32,000 nt of DNA from Candidatus Saccharimonadota bacterium (GTDB lineage: Archaea > Nanohalarchaeota > Nanosalinia > Nanosalinales > Nanosalinaceae). Position numbers and translations under genes: made by a program. Under the pieces are notes generated by a model. That model worked only from the letters and a program-made list of their open reading frames with translations. It had not been told where the DNA came from and made no database searches. Below, piece after piece: positions 9,301-16,751 of this stretch. Position 1 is the stretch's first letter. Each line of letters begins with the position of its first letter. The stretch covers positions 630,001 through 662,000 of the forward strand of contig NZ_CP107255.1 of the NCBI RefSeq assembly GCF_029232205.1. Reading direction: 5' to 3'.

Positions 9301-9545
9301 GAGTTTAGGCCTTCTTCGATGCCCGAAGTTGTAACTTCCTGACCTGACACAGAGTTCTCAGTGCTTCCATCGAATAAAAGAGTATTATTGGATCTTTCAG
9401 ATGTTAAAAATTGTGAATTGATATTCTGGAAATTTGCGGAAAATAGAAACAGCATTAAAATTCCTAATGCAAGGGTTAAGGCCTTGAGAGTTGTTCTACT
9501 AGAACTATATTCTTTTAATCTCTGTTTGAAATGTGTGTAGGCCAT
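6396..9545 (-). CDS. Giant surface protein, 1049 aa. N-terminal hydrophobic anchor, three LamG domains, the shared Cys-containing module, and an 'NPGFE'-type CBM-like insert in the last LamG.
   Basis: 1049-aa ORF with ATG start. LKALTLALGILMLFLFSANF hydrophobic segment. LamG motifs LRLDGTDDYVEV...CAWIKPE...GKIDEVKLYNKSLTGDQI; LRLDGYDDYIEI...TGWVN...WYHAAIKREGKTFSLYLDG...GSVDDIRIYTRALSDKEIQKIY; and C-terminal KLDEVRIYNRSLNQNEIEKLAFQ. Confidence 0.88.
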   Translation of the reverse strand: MAYTHFKQRLKEYSSSRTTLKALTLALGILMLFLFSANFQNINSQFLTSERSNNTLLFDGSTENSVSGQEVTTSGIEEGLNSYYRFESSGKTEQYSLRLDGTDDYVEVDDDGYPSKVTNFSQATYCAWIKPEALSSTGGADQRLIEKRDHTFSISLTTSGNISTTYWYQVDPSIENDGHTADKSLGYYDSGANEWVSDNLNKWYHFCTSFGPGDKSRIYINGQLDSEVTLPEKNGRNVGNFSHSTKTQFGRYRYDADHFYNGKIDEVKLYNKSLTGDQIREVKKGLPVESDNLMFYQRFNEGPENCGLSSTQKCLKGDSLYNWPATGYNINNTVGTQSGWSTDSPLNNLSLRDSSDNEFQMHTQGMENGEMSGNFLENWEENNSEGWQLGCGGQPENKMVEDTFISDYAYLLNSTGGDGLACTRLTDYTYSAVEGETIQYACKGYGCKLIVWNGSTDISSGPGTDYHEYSDEWKIYTTRVEKTQSDANIYMYNDDQVGHWAIYDMITEGPIQNRTPRGKGLRLDGYDDYIEIDRNITGVENFTVTGWVNYENLSRSTGNLGSSLIRANRDDYEWAIYAGNNNELKGYLYPEQGSNDSTILTTNINENQWYHAAIKREGKTFSLYLDGEKQASSTRDDVSGRIRSEQAIIGRPSTDSEKWLQGSVDDIRIYTRALSDKEIQKIYSGEPVSGELAGKWNFEDTDGKKAFDSASTGHKGILGGKALGGENSHLTSRTTLKGPEFTVTGWIEGDNSENMLKNPGFEEDPYDETNPENWNYPDENGWNVTDDRLAPNTEGSKSFGNPWNEGPGTWPNAYIYQNVSVEDNSAFKASAWINLPSYSDANWEGLKATPYVYEDDVRLHFYYYSENGTLLGENKTRWMGEAYNLNEEYVEKYGDWFHITPSYKPPKGTRTIRYQIDGGDGNNGYNGPSGGNAGLWMDDLSMKTYTAISENNRYGLTLHERKILAHVNGRFLESPELDKNWKLITLTFDGNTAKLYSGTQLIEEDYNISSSKKARGPTTLGRNYANKLDEVRIYNRSLNQNEIEKLAFQ
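6711..7283 (-). other. Inserted module (aa ~755-945) splitting the C-terminal LamG of the 1049-aa protein. CBM4/9-like ('NPGFE') beta-sandwich candidate.
   Basis: MLKNPGFEEDPYDETNPENWNYPDENGWNV...YIYQNVSVEDNSAFKASAWINL...GLWMDDLSM. It is flanked by the LamG N-half (AGKWNFEDTDGKKAFDSASTGHKGIL...FTVTGWIEGD) and C-half (WKLITLTFDGNTAKLYSG...KLDEVRIYNRSL). Boundaries are approximate. Confidence 0.5.
8013..8426 (-). other. Conserved Cys-containing ~138-aa module, copy B (aa ~374-511 of the 1049-aa protein).
   Basis: FLENWEENNSEGWQLGCGGQP...NSTGGDGLACTRL...IQYACKGYGCKLIVWNGSTDISSGPGT...NIYMYNDDQVGHW...ITEGPI. Paralogous to 4854..5270. Confidence 0.7.
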
Positions 9546-9596
9546 TCCTAGCTGTGTATTGGCGATGCAGACTTATGAAATCTGAGAAGAGTGTTG

Positions 9597-10391
9597 TTAA
9601 AACGAGTTAAGGCCTTTCTGATCCGGGTTTTTCAGTACTTTTCCTGATGTCATTGCGAGAGCGAGTCTCCCGTTGCCGATGATCTGTCCTTTGACTGAAT
9701 GTATTTCTCCCTGGAAAAGGCCTTTGCGGGAGAACTCTCCCTGTAGTCTGTCGTATAAGGTTAGAGAGTTTACATCGACTATTTCAGCGTCGTAGTCATG
9801 TTCCTCCATTATTTTCTGAAGTTTCCGTGGATCCGAAGGATTGTTTGTCTTCTGTTCTTTCCTTATTCTCTCTGTTATGCCTCGTGAGGAGATGTCCTGT
9901 TCGTTTTCCAGTGCTACTTTTGATGAGAGGCCTGAAAGTATTTCCGCGCCGTAATCCGCTCCCTGTTCAACCCATCTCTTCGGTATTTTCTCCGATCTTG
10001 TGACTCCAACTTTTACTTCTTGCCCGATCTGTGCCAGGTATACTGAGAATTCTCCGTCGAGATCTGTCTGTGTATCTCCTCTGACGTAGTCCGAGTAAAT
10101 GTCTTTTCCACGGCATTCGCTGCACTGAGAACCGGAGTCAATTTCTCTGAACTCCGGGCATGGCGCTCTTTCGCCAGGGCTTGGAGCAAATCCTGTGCAT
10201 CTTCTCTCATTAGTTACTTCGAAAGAAACTTTTCTGCCTGGCTGTAGACCTCTTTTTTCGAAGCCATTCGGGCCTGCTAACAGTAGTTTTGCTTTCCATC
10301 CGTCAGAGGAATTCTTCCACTGTACTTTGACTATCGAATTCACTGAGTTCGTCCTCCAAGTGTTTTCTGTGTGCTGCTCCGACAAATGCAA
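9597..10391 (-). CDS. Zinc-ribbon-containing hypothetical protein, DUF2797-like. Start codon uncertain.
   Basis: 264-aa ORF. Cys cluster CTGF...CPEFREIDSGSQCSECRG, followed by VYLAQIGQEVKVGVTRSEKIPKRWVEQGADYGAEI. I recall this pattern (KVG-TR...RW..QGA) as DUF2797, from memory only. The track start is TTG at 10391 and overlaps the TraB gene by 89 nt. In-frame alternatives are TTG at 10385 and GTG at 10343. Confidence 0.6.
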   Translation of the reverse strand: MHLSEQHTENTWRTNSVNSIVKVQWKNSSDGWKAKLLLAGPNGFEKRGLQPGRKVSFEVTNERRCTGFAPSPGERAPCPEFREIDSGSQCSECRGKDIYSDYVRGDTQTDLDGEFSVYLAQIGQEVKVGVTRSEKIPKRWVEQGADYGAEILSGLSSKVALENEQDISSRGITERIRKEQKTNNPSDPRKLQKIMEEHDYDAEIVDVNSLTLYDRLQGEFSRKGLFQGEIHSVKGQIIGNGRLALAMTSGKVLKNPDQKGLNSF

Positions 10392-10947
10392 CTATGTCAC
10401 TGTCCGGGTTTTCTCTCTGAACCTGTTTCAAGGATTCAGTCATTATAACATTTCTCTCCTCCATCAGCACAGAATAAAGGCCTGGAAAACTGTGTTTCAT
10501 TTCCACACTCATTTGCTGTACAAGTTTTTCATCTGGAATACTTGACACATCAAGACTTCCAGGAAGCACAAGGCCGGCAAGAAGCGATAGACTGGCCTTA
10601 ACCTTCTCCTTCCTCCTAACTTTCCCCAGCTTTCTCATAGTAGTTCGGATATCCTGGTCGATGAGCACTACTTCTCTGTCCTCTCCCAGAGATTTGTGGT
10701 ATGCGTAGAGCATTTCCTGGCCCGGCATCAGGCCTGTTTTGGAACCTATCTTGTTCTGAAACTTTCTCAAAAGCCTAATGAAGATCGGGCCTCCATCAGA
10801 GCTGTTGTCATCGCCTGTTCTCAAGGCCTGAAGTCTTAAAGGATCAAGTTCCAAGGCCACTATCTCAGGGTCGTGTTTTTCAACGGCCTCATTGATTCTG
10901 TCAATGCTTTCGTGAGAAACGTGGGATGTTCCGTATACATGTATCAT
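10303..10947 (-). CDS. TraB/PrgY/GumN-family protein.
   Basis: 214-aa ORF. The N-terminal motif IHVYGTSHVSHESIDRINEAVEKHDPEIVALELDPLRL and the C-terminal VAFVGAAHRKHL are typical of the TraB family. Confidence 0.8.
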   Translation of the reverse strand: MIHVYGTSHVSHESIDRINEAVEKHDPEIVALELDPLRLQALRTGDDNSSDGGPIFIRLLRKFQNKIGSKTGLMPGQEMLYAYHKSLGEDREVVLIDQDIRTTMRKLGKVRRKEKVKASLSLLAGLVLPGSLDVSSIPDEKLVQQMSVEMKHSFPGLYSVLMEERNVIMTESLKQVQRENPDSDIVAFVGAAHRKHLEDELSEFDSQSTVEEFL

Positions 10948-11021
10948 ATCGGTTTAACAAGCAGTATACAGGTTTGAAATGTTAAAAGAGTGGAGTCAGC
11001 CTGCCGTGAATTGATGAAAAA

Positions 11022-11032
11022 GTTAAATTAGG
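11022..11032 (+). promoter_or_regulatory. Candidate TATA box of the 864-aa LamG gene.
   Basis: GTTAAATTAGG ends 20 nt upstream of the GTG start at 11053. It shares the TTAAATT core with the elements at 6329..6340 and 19671..19682. Confidence 0.3.
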
Positions 11033-11052
11033 TTAGAGGCATTTCTATTACA

Positions 11053-13647
11053 GTGAGGTGTGAAAAATTACTGTGGTTACTTCTTGCACTTGTTTTTGTG
11101 GTTTCACTTGTTAATGGCAGTTCTTATTGGAGGTTTGAAGGCAATAGCTCAGTTTTAGCTGACTTTGGAAGCACTAATCAGAACCTGGATTTTAGTCAGC
11201 CTTCACCTTATTTTGACGGCGAGGAAAACTTTGCTGAGGTTCCACACAACCCAATTTATAATCAAACGAATTTTTCTGTTACTTTCTGGGCCTATAGTCC
11301 TTATTTCAAGGACGAATATACATGGATCGGTAAAAAGGACTTTGGTACTGGCGGACCATGGTATTTTTTGACTGCTACTAGAGGAGTTGGTGAGGATGTA
11401 AAGGTTCAGGAATCTGACATCCAATTCCGCTTTACTGATACTTCCTCATCTGTTCAGACATTTACAACTACAGGCGAGCCCTTGAAAGCAGGGCAATGGA
11501 ATCACCTAGCTTTTTCCAAATCAAGCTCAGACCTCAGGCTATTTCTTAACGGCGAGAAAGTCGGCGATTGGGGAGTTTCTAACAAAATGACTTCCTCTAC
11601 CGATCCAATTGTTATAGGACACGAGCATGGCGGTCACGCAAACTGGTTTGAAGGAAGTATGGACGACATCCGTTTCTTTAACAGGCCCCTGAGTTCGTCT
11701 GAAGTTGCTAAGATATATTCAGATAAAGATGAAAATACTCCCGGACTGGTATCCCACTGGTCTGGAGAAAGTTCTGGGAGAAATCTTACCGAGAGAGTGA
11801 ATAATAGCGAGGCCTACTGGCGAACCCCTTCAACAGAACTAGTTTATGATTTTGAGAGCATCGAGACCAGTTCTGCTACGGATGAATCCGATAACAACTA
11901 TGATGGATCAGTTAACGGCAGAGATAATGGTCTTCTAAAGGGCGGAGCGCAGATTGAAGATGGATATTACTTCCAGGGTTTGAACATCAGCGGCGAGGAT
12001 GATTATGCAGAGATTAATAGTTCTGAGGAGTTCTCCAATATGACAAATATCAGTTTTTCAGTATGGGCCCGGCCAAGTTCCAGCGATTTGACTAATGATC
12101 CTTACCTAATTAGAAAATGGACTAATTACGGTTTGCAGATTGTAGGCGGTTCTCCAACACTTTTTATCAATGCAGACTACGATACAAGAGATCAACTTAC
12201 TAGTGAAACACCTAATCTAGAATCTGGGGAATGGCAGCACATTGTCGCTACGTACAGCGGAGTTACTAACACCTCTCGAATGTATATTGACGGCAATCTT
12301 GTCGGTAGTGCAACAGGATCTCAGGGAAAAGTCGAGGACAGTACAGAAGACATAGGCTTCGGAATGACTACTTACTCCAGTCAGTTCGGTGATTCCGAGT
12401 TCAACGGAAGCATTGATCAGGCAAAGATTTTCAGTCAGGAGCTGAACCAGTCTGAAGTAGAGAAACTTCATAGAATGGAGGACGTCAGTGAAGATCTTAT
12501 CGGAGAATGGACTTTTGACAATGAAAACGCAGGCAAAATATATGATAGCTCTCTAAGTTCAAGCGGCATATCAGATAATGCTCTTCACCTTGACGGAATA
12601 AACGACAATGTTACAGTCAGCACATCCCTGACATATCCTGAAGAGTCATTGACAGCCTGTGCATGGATTAAACCCGAATCCACCAGTCAGAGGCCTGGTA
12701 TAATCACTCAGAGAGATCCTCTGATTCTGGACTATCAACATGGTAATGCAGTATTCATACTTGATGAGCAGTGGTCTGCAAACCTGAATTCAGGAAATCT
12801 TCAGACAGGAAAATGGTGGCATCTCTGCGGTACCTACAAAGAGTCGACGAACAATGCATCTCTTTACGTAAATGGAGATATTGTTGACACACAGATCAAG
12901 GATTACAACCTGACAAATGCAGGATCTACGATACAGATAGGTCATAGAGAGACGGGTGATGGCCCTCAATGGTTCAAAGGGAAAATAGACGAGGTTAAAG
13001 TCGAGTCAAAGGCCCTTTCAGCTGAAGGGATAGAAGATATGTATCTCTCCGAGAGATCAGAGCTTGTTCAGCCTACAGGAGAACCTAATCTAGAAAATAT
13101 AGCCGGAGAGCGAGGGGTCCTAGAAACAGATACTTTTGAGTTCAACGGCGTTGACAGCTATGCGATAGACGAAGATCTTTTCTACCCTCATCAGGGATTC
13201 ACAGTATCTCTATGGGTTAAGAATAACGAAAAATGGGGTAAAAACAGGAAGGAAATCTGGACCTCAGGCCCTGGAGAAATACTTATCCGCGGAGATAATC
13301 GTCCGGGATGGGGCAAAGGTAGCGCAATCTTCCACTGGAACGACGGCAATGAGTGGTATGCTATCCAGTCACACAACCTTACCAAAGGAAAATGGCATCA
13401 CCTAACCGGAGTTTACAATGCAAGTTCCGGAGAATACCGGTTCTACGTCGATGGCCAGAAACAGAAGAGATCTCCTCCAAGCTCTGCACCAGTAGACAAT
13501 TCTCAAAGACTTGAAGATACAACCATGAAACAGTACTTCGGAAGACATCCATCAGGAGACAATCTCTGGAATGGAAAAATCGATGATCTACAGATTTACA
13601 GAAGGCCTCTAACAACATCAGAAGTCAGAGAACTCACTTTTAGGTAA
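11053..13647 (+). CDS. Secreted multi-LamG protein, 864 aa (four LamG domains, Sec-type signal peptide, GTG start).
   Basis: Signal-like N-terminus MRCEKLLWLLLALVFVVSLVNG/SSYWRFEG. LamG C-terminal motifs GSMDDIRFFNRPLSSSEVAKIY, GSIDQAKIFSQELNQSEVEKLH, GKIDEVKVESKALSAEGIEDMY, GKIDDLQIYRRPLTTSEVRELTFR. Confidence 0.88.
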   Translation: MRCEKLLWLLLALVFVVSLVNGSSYWRFEGNSSVLADFGSTNQNLDFSQPSPYFDGEENFAEVPHNPIYNQTNFSVTFWAYSPYFKDEYTWIGKKDFGTGGPWYFLTATRGVGEDVKVQESDIQFRFTDTSSSVQTFTTTGEPLKAGQWNHLAFSKSSSDLRLFLNGEKVGDWGVSNKMTSSTDPIVIGHEHGGHANWFEGSMDDIRFFNRPLSSSEVAKIYSDKDENTPGLVSHWSGESSGRNLTERVNNSEAYWRTPSTELVYDFESIETSSATDESDNNYDGSVNGRDNGLLKGGAQIEDGYYFQGLNISGEDDYAEINSSEEFSNMTNISFSVWARPSSSDLTNDPYLIRKWTNYGLQIVGGSPTLFINADYDTRDQLTSETPNLESGEWQHIVATYSGVTNTSRMYIDGNLVGSATGSQGKVEDSTEDIGFGMTTYSSQFGDSEFNGSIDQAKIFSQELNQSEVEKLHRMEDVSEDLIGEWTFDNENAGKIYDSSLSSSGISDNALHLDGINDNVTVSTSLTYPEESLTACAWIKPESTSQRPGIITQRDPLILDYQHGNAVFILDEQWSANLNSGNLQTGKWWHLCGTYKESTNNASLYVNGDIVDTQIKDYNLTNAGSTIQIGHRETGDGPQWFKGKIDEVKVESKALSAEGIEDMYLSERSELVQPTGEPNLENIAGERGVLETDTFEFNGVDSYAIDEDLFYPHQGFTVSLWVKNNEKWGKNRKEIWTSGPGEILIRGDNRPGWGKGSAIFHWNDGNEWYAIQSHNLTKGKWHHLTGVYNASSGEYRFYVDGQKQKRSPPSSAPVDNSQRLEDTTMKQYFGRHPSGDNLWNGKIDDLQIYRRPLTTSEVRELTFR

Positions 13648-13659
13648 AAATTAACTGGA

Positions 13660-13934
13660 AAAACCAGCGGGTTCCCAGTGCTGGAAGCTCTCCAACGGTC
13701 GGTGAATCCAATCCCAGGCCTCAGATCCGCCACCCTCCGAACATGCCACAGACTGCTTAGGGCTGCTCCCGTCAAGGCCTGGCCCGGTTCACAATCTGCG
13801 ACATCCCGGAGGACGGATCATCGACAGCCCGGGAAAGGGCCGAATCCGCCGAAGGAACTCCTCACACTGGTTTTCGGCTCACTGCATGTAGAGGATTTCA
13901 GGTTACAAGCGACCCCGAACCGCCCAGCCTACCC
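13660..13934 (-). ncRNA. Signal recognition particle RNA (archaeal 7S/SRP RNA). Ends approximate to about 10 nt.
   Basis: The minus strand reads GUGAACCGGGCCAGGCCUUGACGGGAGCAGCCCUAAGCAG (13753..13792). This closely matches the universally conserved helix-8 region of SRP RNAs, for example human 7SL GUGAACCGGCCCAGGUCGGAAACGGAGCAGGUCAAAAC. It is closed by a 13-bp helix AUGUCGCAGAUUG / CAGUCUGUGGCAU that includes three G-U pairs. The region is locally GC-rich. The 5' GCGGUUC can pair with the 3' GAACC(C)GC. An oligo-U run follows the 3' end (13659..13663) and a TATA-like CTTTTAAC lies about 30 nt upstream. Confidence 0.8.
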
Positions 13935-14029
13935 ATGCAGAAAAAACAGTGTTGAAAGGTTAAAAGAGGAATGCCAGAGAGAAAAATTATTTCAGTATAG
14001 GGCCTAAATGGTTTTTAGGGGGCAGAGGG

Positions 14030-15043
14030 TTGAGTTTCAATAATATTATAGAAGATGCGCGTGTTCTTTCCGCGGATTATCTTCCGAATAAGATGGTGCA
14101 TAGGGATAGCGAGCGTCAGGTAATTGCAGATAATTTAAGGCCTATTCTTTCTGAGGAGCAGCCTCTTGACATGCTTATTCATGGGCCTCCTGGTACTGGG
14201 AAGACTGCTATGGCTAATTATGTTGTTAACGAGTTGCATAAGCATGCAATGGATCTAGAGTCGGGTTCAATTGATTGTTTCCGTAATCCTTCGCGTTTTG
14301 AGGCCTATTATCAGTTGTTGACTGATATGGGTGAGTTTATTACTCGTGAAGGTACTGCTACTGAGGAGCTTGTTGATAAGCTTGAGAAAAAGGCCCGGAA
14401 GAAGCCTATGGTCGTGATTGTTGACGAAGTTGATCAGATCAAGGAGGAGAGTTTTCTCTACGATATTTCTCGCCTGAACAAGGTTGGAGTAATCATGATT
14501 TCAAACAGGGAGAATGTTTTCGGCCAGCTGGACGATAGGATTCAGTCATCTTTCTCTACACGCGAGGATATTCGTTTTGAAAGTTATTCTGTGAAGGAGT
14601 TGACTGATATTCTTGTTGACCGTCGTGAGTATGGTTTGAAGCCTGGAGCAGCTACCAGAGCCCAGCTTGAGATGGTTGCTGAAAAGTCAAGCGGCGATGC
14701 CCGTGTTGCCATTGGTACTCTGCGTATGGCTGCGAGGAAGGCCGAAAGAGAGGATCTTGAGGAGATTCCTGACAGGATTTTCGAGGAAAGTTTTTCGGAC
14801 GCTGTGGAGAAGAACAAGTCTGTTTCACTGAACAAACTGCATGACCACCAGAGAATACTGTACAACGTGATCAAAGAGGAAGGTGAGGTCCGGCCCGGCG
14901 ATCTTTACGAAGAGTATCGGACACGGACTGACGACCCTAGAAACAGCAGAACTTTGAGAAGGTATCTGAATAAAATGGTTGATTACGGCCTTATAGAGGC
15001 CTCTGGCGAGAAGAGAGGTCGCAAGTATTCTCCGGCTTCGTGA
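14030..15043 (+). CDS. cdc6: Orc1/Cdc6 replication initiator (AAA+ ATPase plus winged helix). TTG start.
   Basis: 337-aa ORF. N-terminal ...LSADYLPNKMVHRDSE, Walker A GPPGTGKT, Walker B VVIVDEVD, sensor-2 GDARVAIGTLRMAA, and a C-terminal winged-helix-like region (RTLRRYLNKMVDYGLIE). Confidence 0.9.
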   Translation: MSFNNIIEDARVLSADYLPNKMVHRDSERQVIADNLRPILSEEQPLDMLIHGPPGTGKTAMANYVVNELHKHAMDLESGSIDCFRNPSRFEAYYQLLTDMGEFITREGTATEELVDKLEKKARKKPMVVIVDEVDQIKEESFLYDISRLNKVGVIMISNRENVFGQLDDRIQSSFSTREDIRFESYSVKELTDILVDRREYGLKPGAATRAQLEMVAEKSSGDARVAIGTLRMAARKAEREDLEEIPDRIFEESFSDAVEKNKSVSLNKLHDHQRILYNVIKEEGEVRPGDLYEEYRTRTDDPRNSRTLRRYLNKMVDYGLIEASGEKRGRKYSPAS

Positions 15044-15287
15044 GTTATCGGACATATCGGACAGGTGAGAGACGGTTTAAATAACGAGTCTGACCTATTT
15101 TTTCTATACGCGAGAACCGAGAAAAATTGTTCTCGTTGATCATCGATTCCCATTGCTTGCCACCGCAAGAAAAAATCAATCCTTCCTCCCGTACCCCCGG
15201 GAAAGGATTATACAGAAAAAGTCTGGAGAAGCGGCTACAAAGTTTTTCCCTTGGAGGGGTTCTTCGGTAGCTGCTTTTCCAGCAATT

Positions 15288-15665
15288 CTAAATTTTCCTG
15301 AGAAGCCCTATGAATATTCTCTTAGGCATTATTCCAAAGGAGAAAACTACTCCAAGTAGTATACCATAGGCTAGGCCCTGGCTGAGCTCCAGAGTATTCA
15401 GACCAACAAATACTGAGGAGAAAACTGCCGAGAGCGAGAAACCAGTAAGCAAACTTAGAGGAATGATTACTTTACTCTTCATTATTCCGTTGGCCAAAAT
15501 GAAGTAGTATAGAGATCCAAAGACTAGGAAGGATAATAGTCCCGATCCTAGAGTTGAACCTATCGAGGATTTAGTTGCTATCAAAATAGTAGTTAGCAAG
15601 AACATTAATTCCAAGAATCTGAGCTTCAGTTTGAGATCTTTCTCCCATCCCAGATTGAAAATCAT
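15288..15665 (-). CDS. Small integral membrane protein, hypothetical (3-4 predicted TM segments).
   Basis: 125-aa ORF made mostly of hydrophobic stretches (FLELMFLLTTILIA, LLSFLVFGSLYYFILA, IIPLSLLTGFSLSAVFSSVFVG, AYGILLGVVFSFGI). No family recognised. Confidence 0.6.
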   Translation of the reverse strand: MIFNLGWEKDLKLKLRFLELMFLLTTILIATKSSIGSTLGSGLLSFLVFGSLYYFILANGIMKSKVIIPLSLLTGFSLSAVFSSVFVGLNTLELSQGLAYGILLGVVFSFGIMPKRIFIGLLRKI

Positions 15666-15672
15666 CCAGTTA

Positions 15673-16506
15673 TCAAATCTCGAATTCCTGGCCTTCTTCT
15701 ACTACTCCGAATCCTCTTTCCTTAATTTCCTGTCTTTCCTCAGAGTCAGGCCTTAGTGCAGGATTTGTGTGGTTGAGGTGTGTGAAGTAGATTTCTGTGT
15801 CCCAGTCCTCGGTCTTGTGCATTGTCTCCTTCATAACCGGGTGAGGTACTTCCTCATAACGGTCGATTTCTTCCTCATTCCAGAAGGTTCCATCGACTAT
15901 TGCGATATCGGCCTCTTTCACGCTTTCCAGTGTTTCATCGGTCCATGCGTGGATATCGGACATGTAGAAAAGTGTTTTTTCTGGGCCTTTGATCATGAAG
16001 CTTGTAGTATCTGTGTTTAGTCGGCTGTGTTCTGCTTCGCGGGCCTCTATCTCTGCGCCCTGAAGATCAAGTGTTTCGCCGTCGTTGAAATCCATCAGTT
16101 CAACGTTTCCTTTGTCGACCAGAAGTCGGTAAGGATCGTTCCTCTCAATGAAGTTCCTGGTCTTATCGGTGACGTAGACCGGCAGACTGTTCTTATCACA
16201 GCCTTCCTCGCCGAAATCCAGTAGTCCTGTGATGTGCCCTAGCTGGCCGTGACTGATGAATACGCCGTCAAGGTAGTCTCCTTTAATCTGGTATCTGACG
16301 TCAGGAGTTGCATCAACAAGATATCTTACAGAATCGTTATCGGAATTCTCCTTCAGTAGAATAGAAGCCACTCTCTTCCCTTTTCTAGCATCTTTTCTGG
16401 CAGCTTCACAAACATCGCAATCACATTCAAGATGCGGAACTCCCGCGTCCTGAACATTTCCTAGTATTTCAACTTTCAATATTCTCCCCTCAACGGTAAA
16501 CCCCAA
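15673..16506 (-). CDS. Metallo-beta-lactamase-fold hydrolase, PqqB-like subgroup.
   Basis: 277-aa ORF. The N-terminal ILGNVQDAGVPHLECDCDVCEAARKD resembles the PqqB-type motif (GS.QDGG.PQ.NC.C..C). It also has the histidine motif FISHGQLGHITGL and downstream D/H residues typical of the MBL fold. Confidence 0.7.
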   Translation of the reverse strand: MGFTVEGRILKVEILGNVQDAGVPHLECDCDVCEAARKDARKGKRVASILLKENSDNDSVRYLVDATPDVRYQIKGDYLDGVFISHGQLGHITGLLDFGEEGCDKNSLPVYVTDKTRNFIERNDPYRLLVDKGNVELMDFNDGETLDLQGAEIEAREAEHSRLNTDTTSFMIKGPEKTLFYMSDIHAWTDETLESVKEADIAIVDGTFWNEEEIDRYEEVPHPVMKETMHKTEDWDTEIYFTHLNHTNPALRPDSEERQEIKERGFGVVEEGQEFEI

Positions 16507-16613
16507 TTTAACCGTGAATAATAAAAATACGACAGAAAGACAAGGCCCAACCTAAAAACTTAACAAGAAACACCAACACCGATTGAAAACCCGAAAACCA
16601 GAGGCCTCACCGG

Positions 16614-16624
16614 TTTATTAAAAA
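16614..16624 (+). promoter_or_regulatory. Candidate TATA box driving a leader plus tRNA-Cys transcript.
   Basis: TTTATTAAAAA. There is no AT-rich element in the 30 nt directly upstream of the tRNA (GCACAACCAAGGCCCCGAAAAAAC). A start about 25-30 nt downstream of this element would fall at roughly 16650, implying a ~100-nt leader. Confidence 0.3.
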
Positions 16625-16655
16625 CTTCTATCCCACCTATTCACATACACGGACA

Positions 16656-16668
16656 CCGGGTTGGCAGA
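16656..16668 (+). repeat. Exact 13-nt upstream copy of the tRNA-Cys 5' end (CCGGGTTGGCAGA, same as 16753..16765).
   Basis: Direct comparison of the two sites: 13 of 13 identical, 97 bp apart, same orientation. Confidence 0.9.
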
Positions 16669-16751
16669 CTCGATGAACTTTCACGTTCACTCGATCAGAG
16701 AAACTTCCCTTGAAGTTTCGGAAACTGCACAACCAAGGCCCCGAAAAAACT

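Noticed and set aside
221-9545. Diversity-generating retroelement or other targeted hypermutation acting on the lectin-fold genes.
   Set aside because: The window contains no reverse transcriptase gene and no template/variable repeat pair with adenine-specific differences. The paralogue differences look like ordinary divergence and domain swaps.
13678-14007. 109-aa plus-strand ORF between the LamG gene and orc1/cdc6.
   Set aside because: The region is explained by the SRP RNA on the opposite strand. The ORF is R/P-rich, as expected from reading through GC-rich structured RNA, and it has a non-ATG start.
15153-15359. 68-aa plus-strand ORF downstream of orc1/cdc6.
   Set aside because: It has a non-ATG start, runs into the 3' end of the minus-strand membrane protein gene, and shows no motif. 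The region is better treated as intergenic and a possible origin flank.
16669-16730. C/D-box sRNA co-transcribed upstream of the tRNA (GATGAA ... TCAGA ... TGAAGT ... CTGC).
   Set aside because: The boxes deviate from the RUGAUGA/CUGA consensus, the terminal D box would be CUGC, and the guide spacings do not fit the ~12-nt rule.
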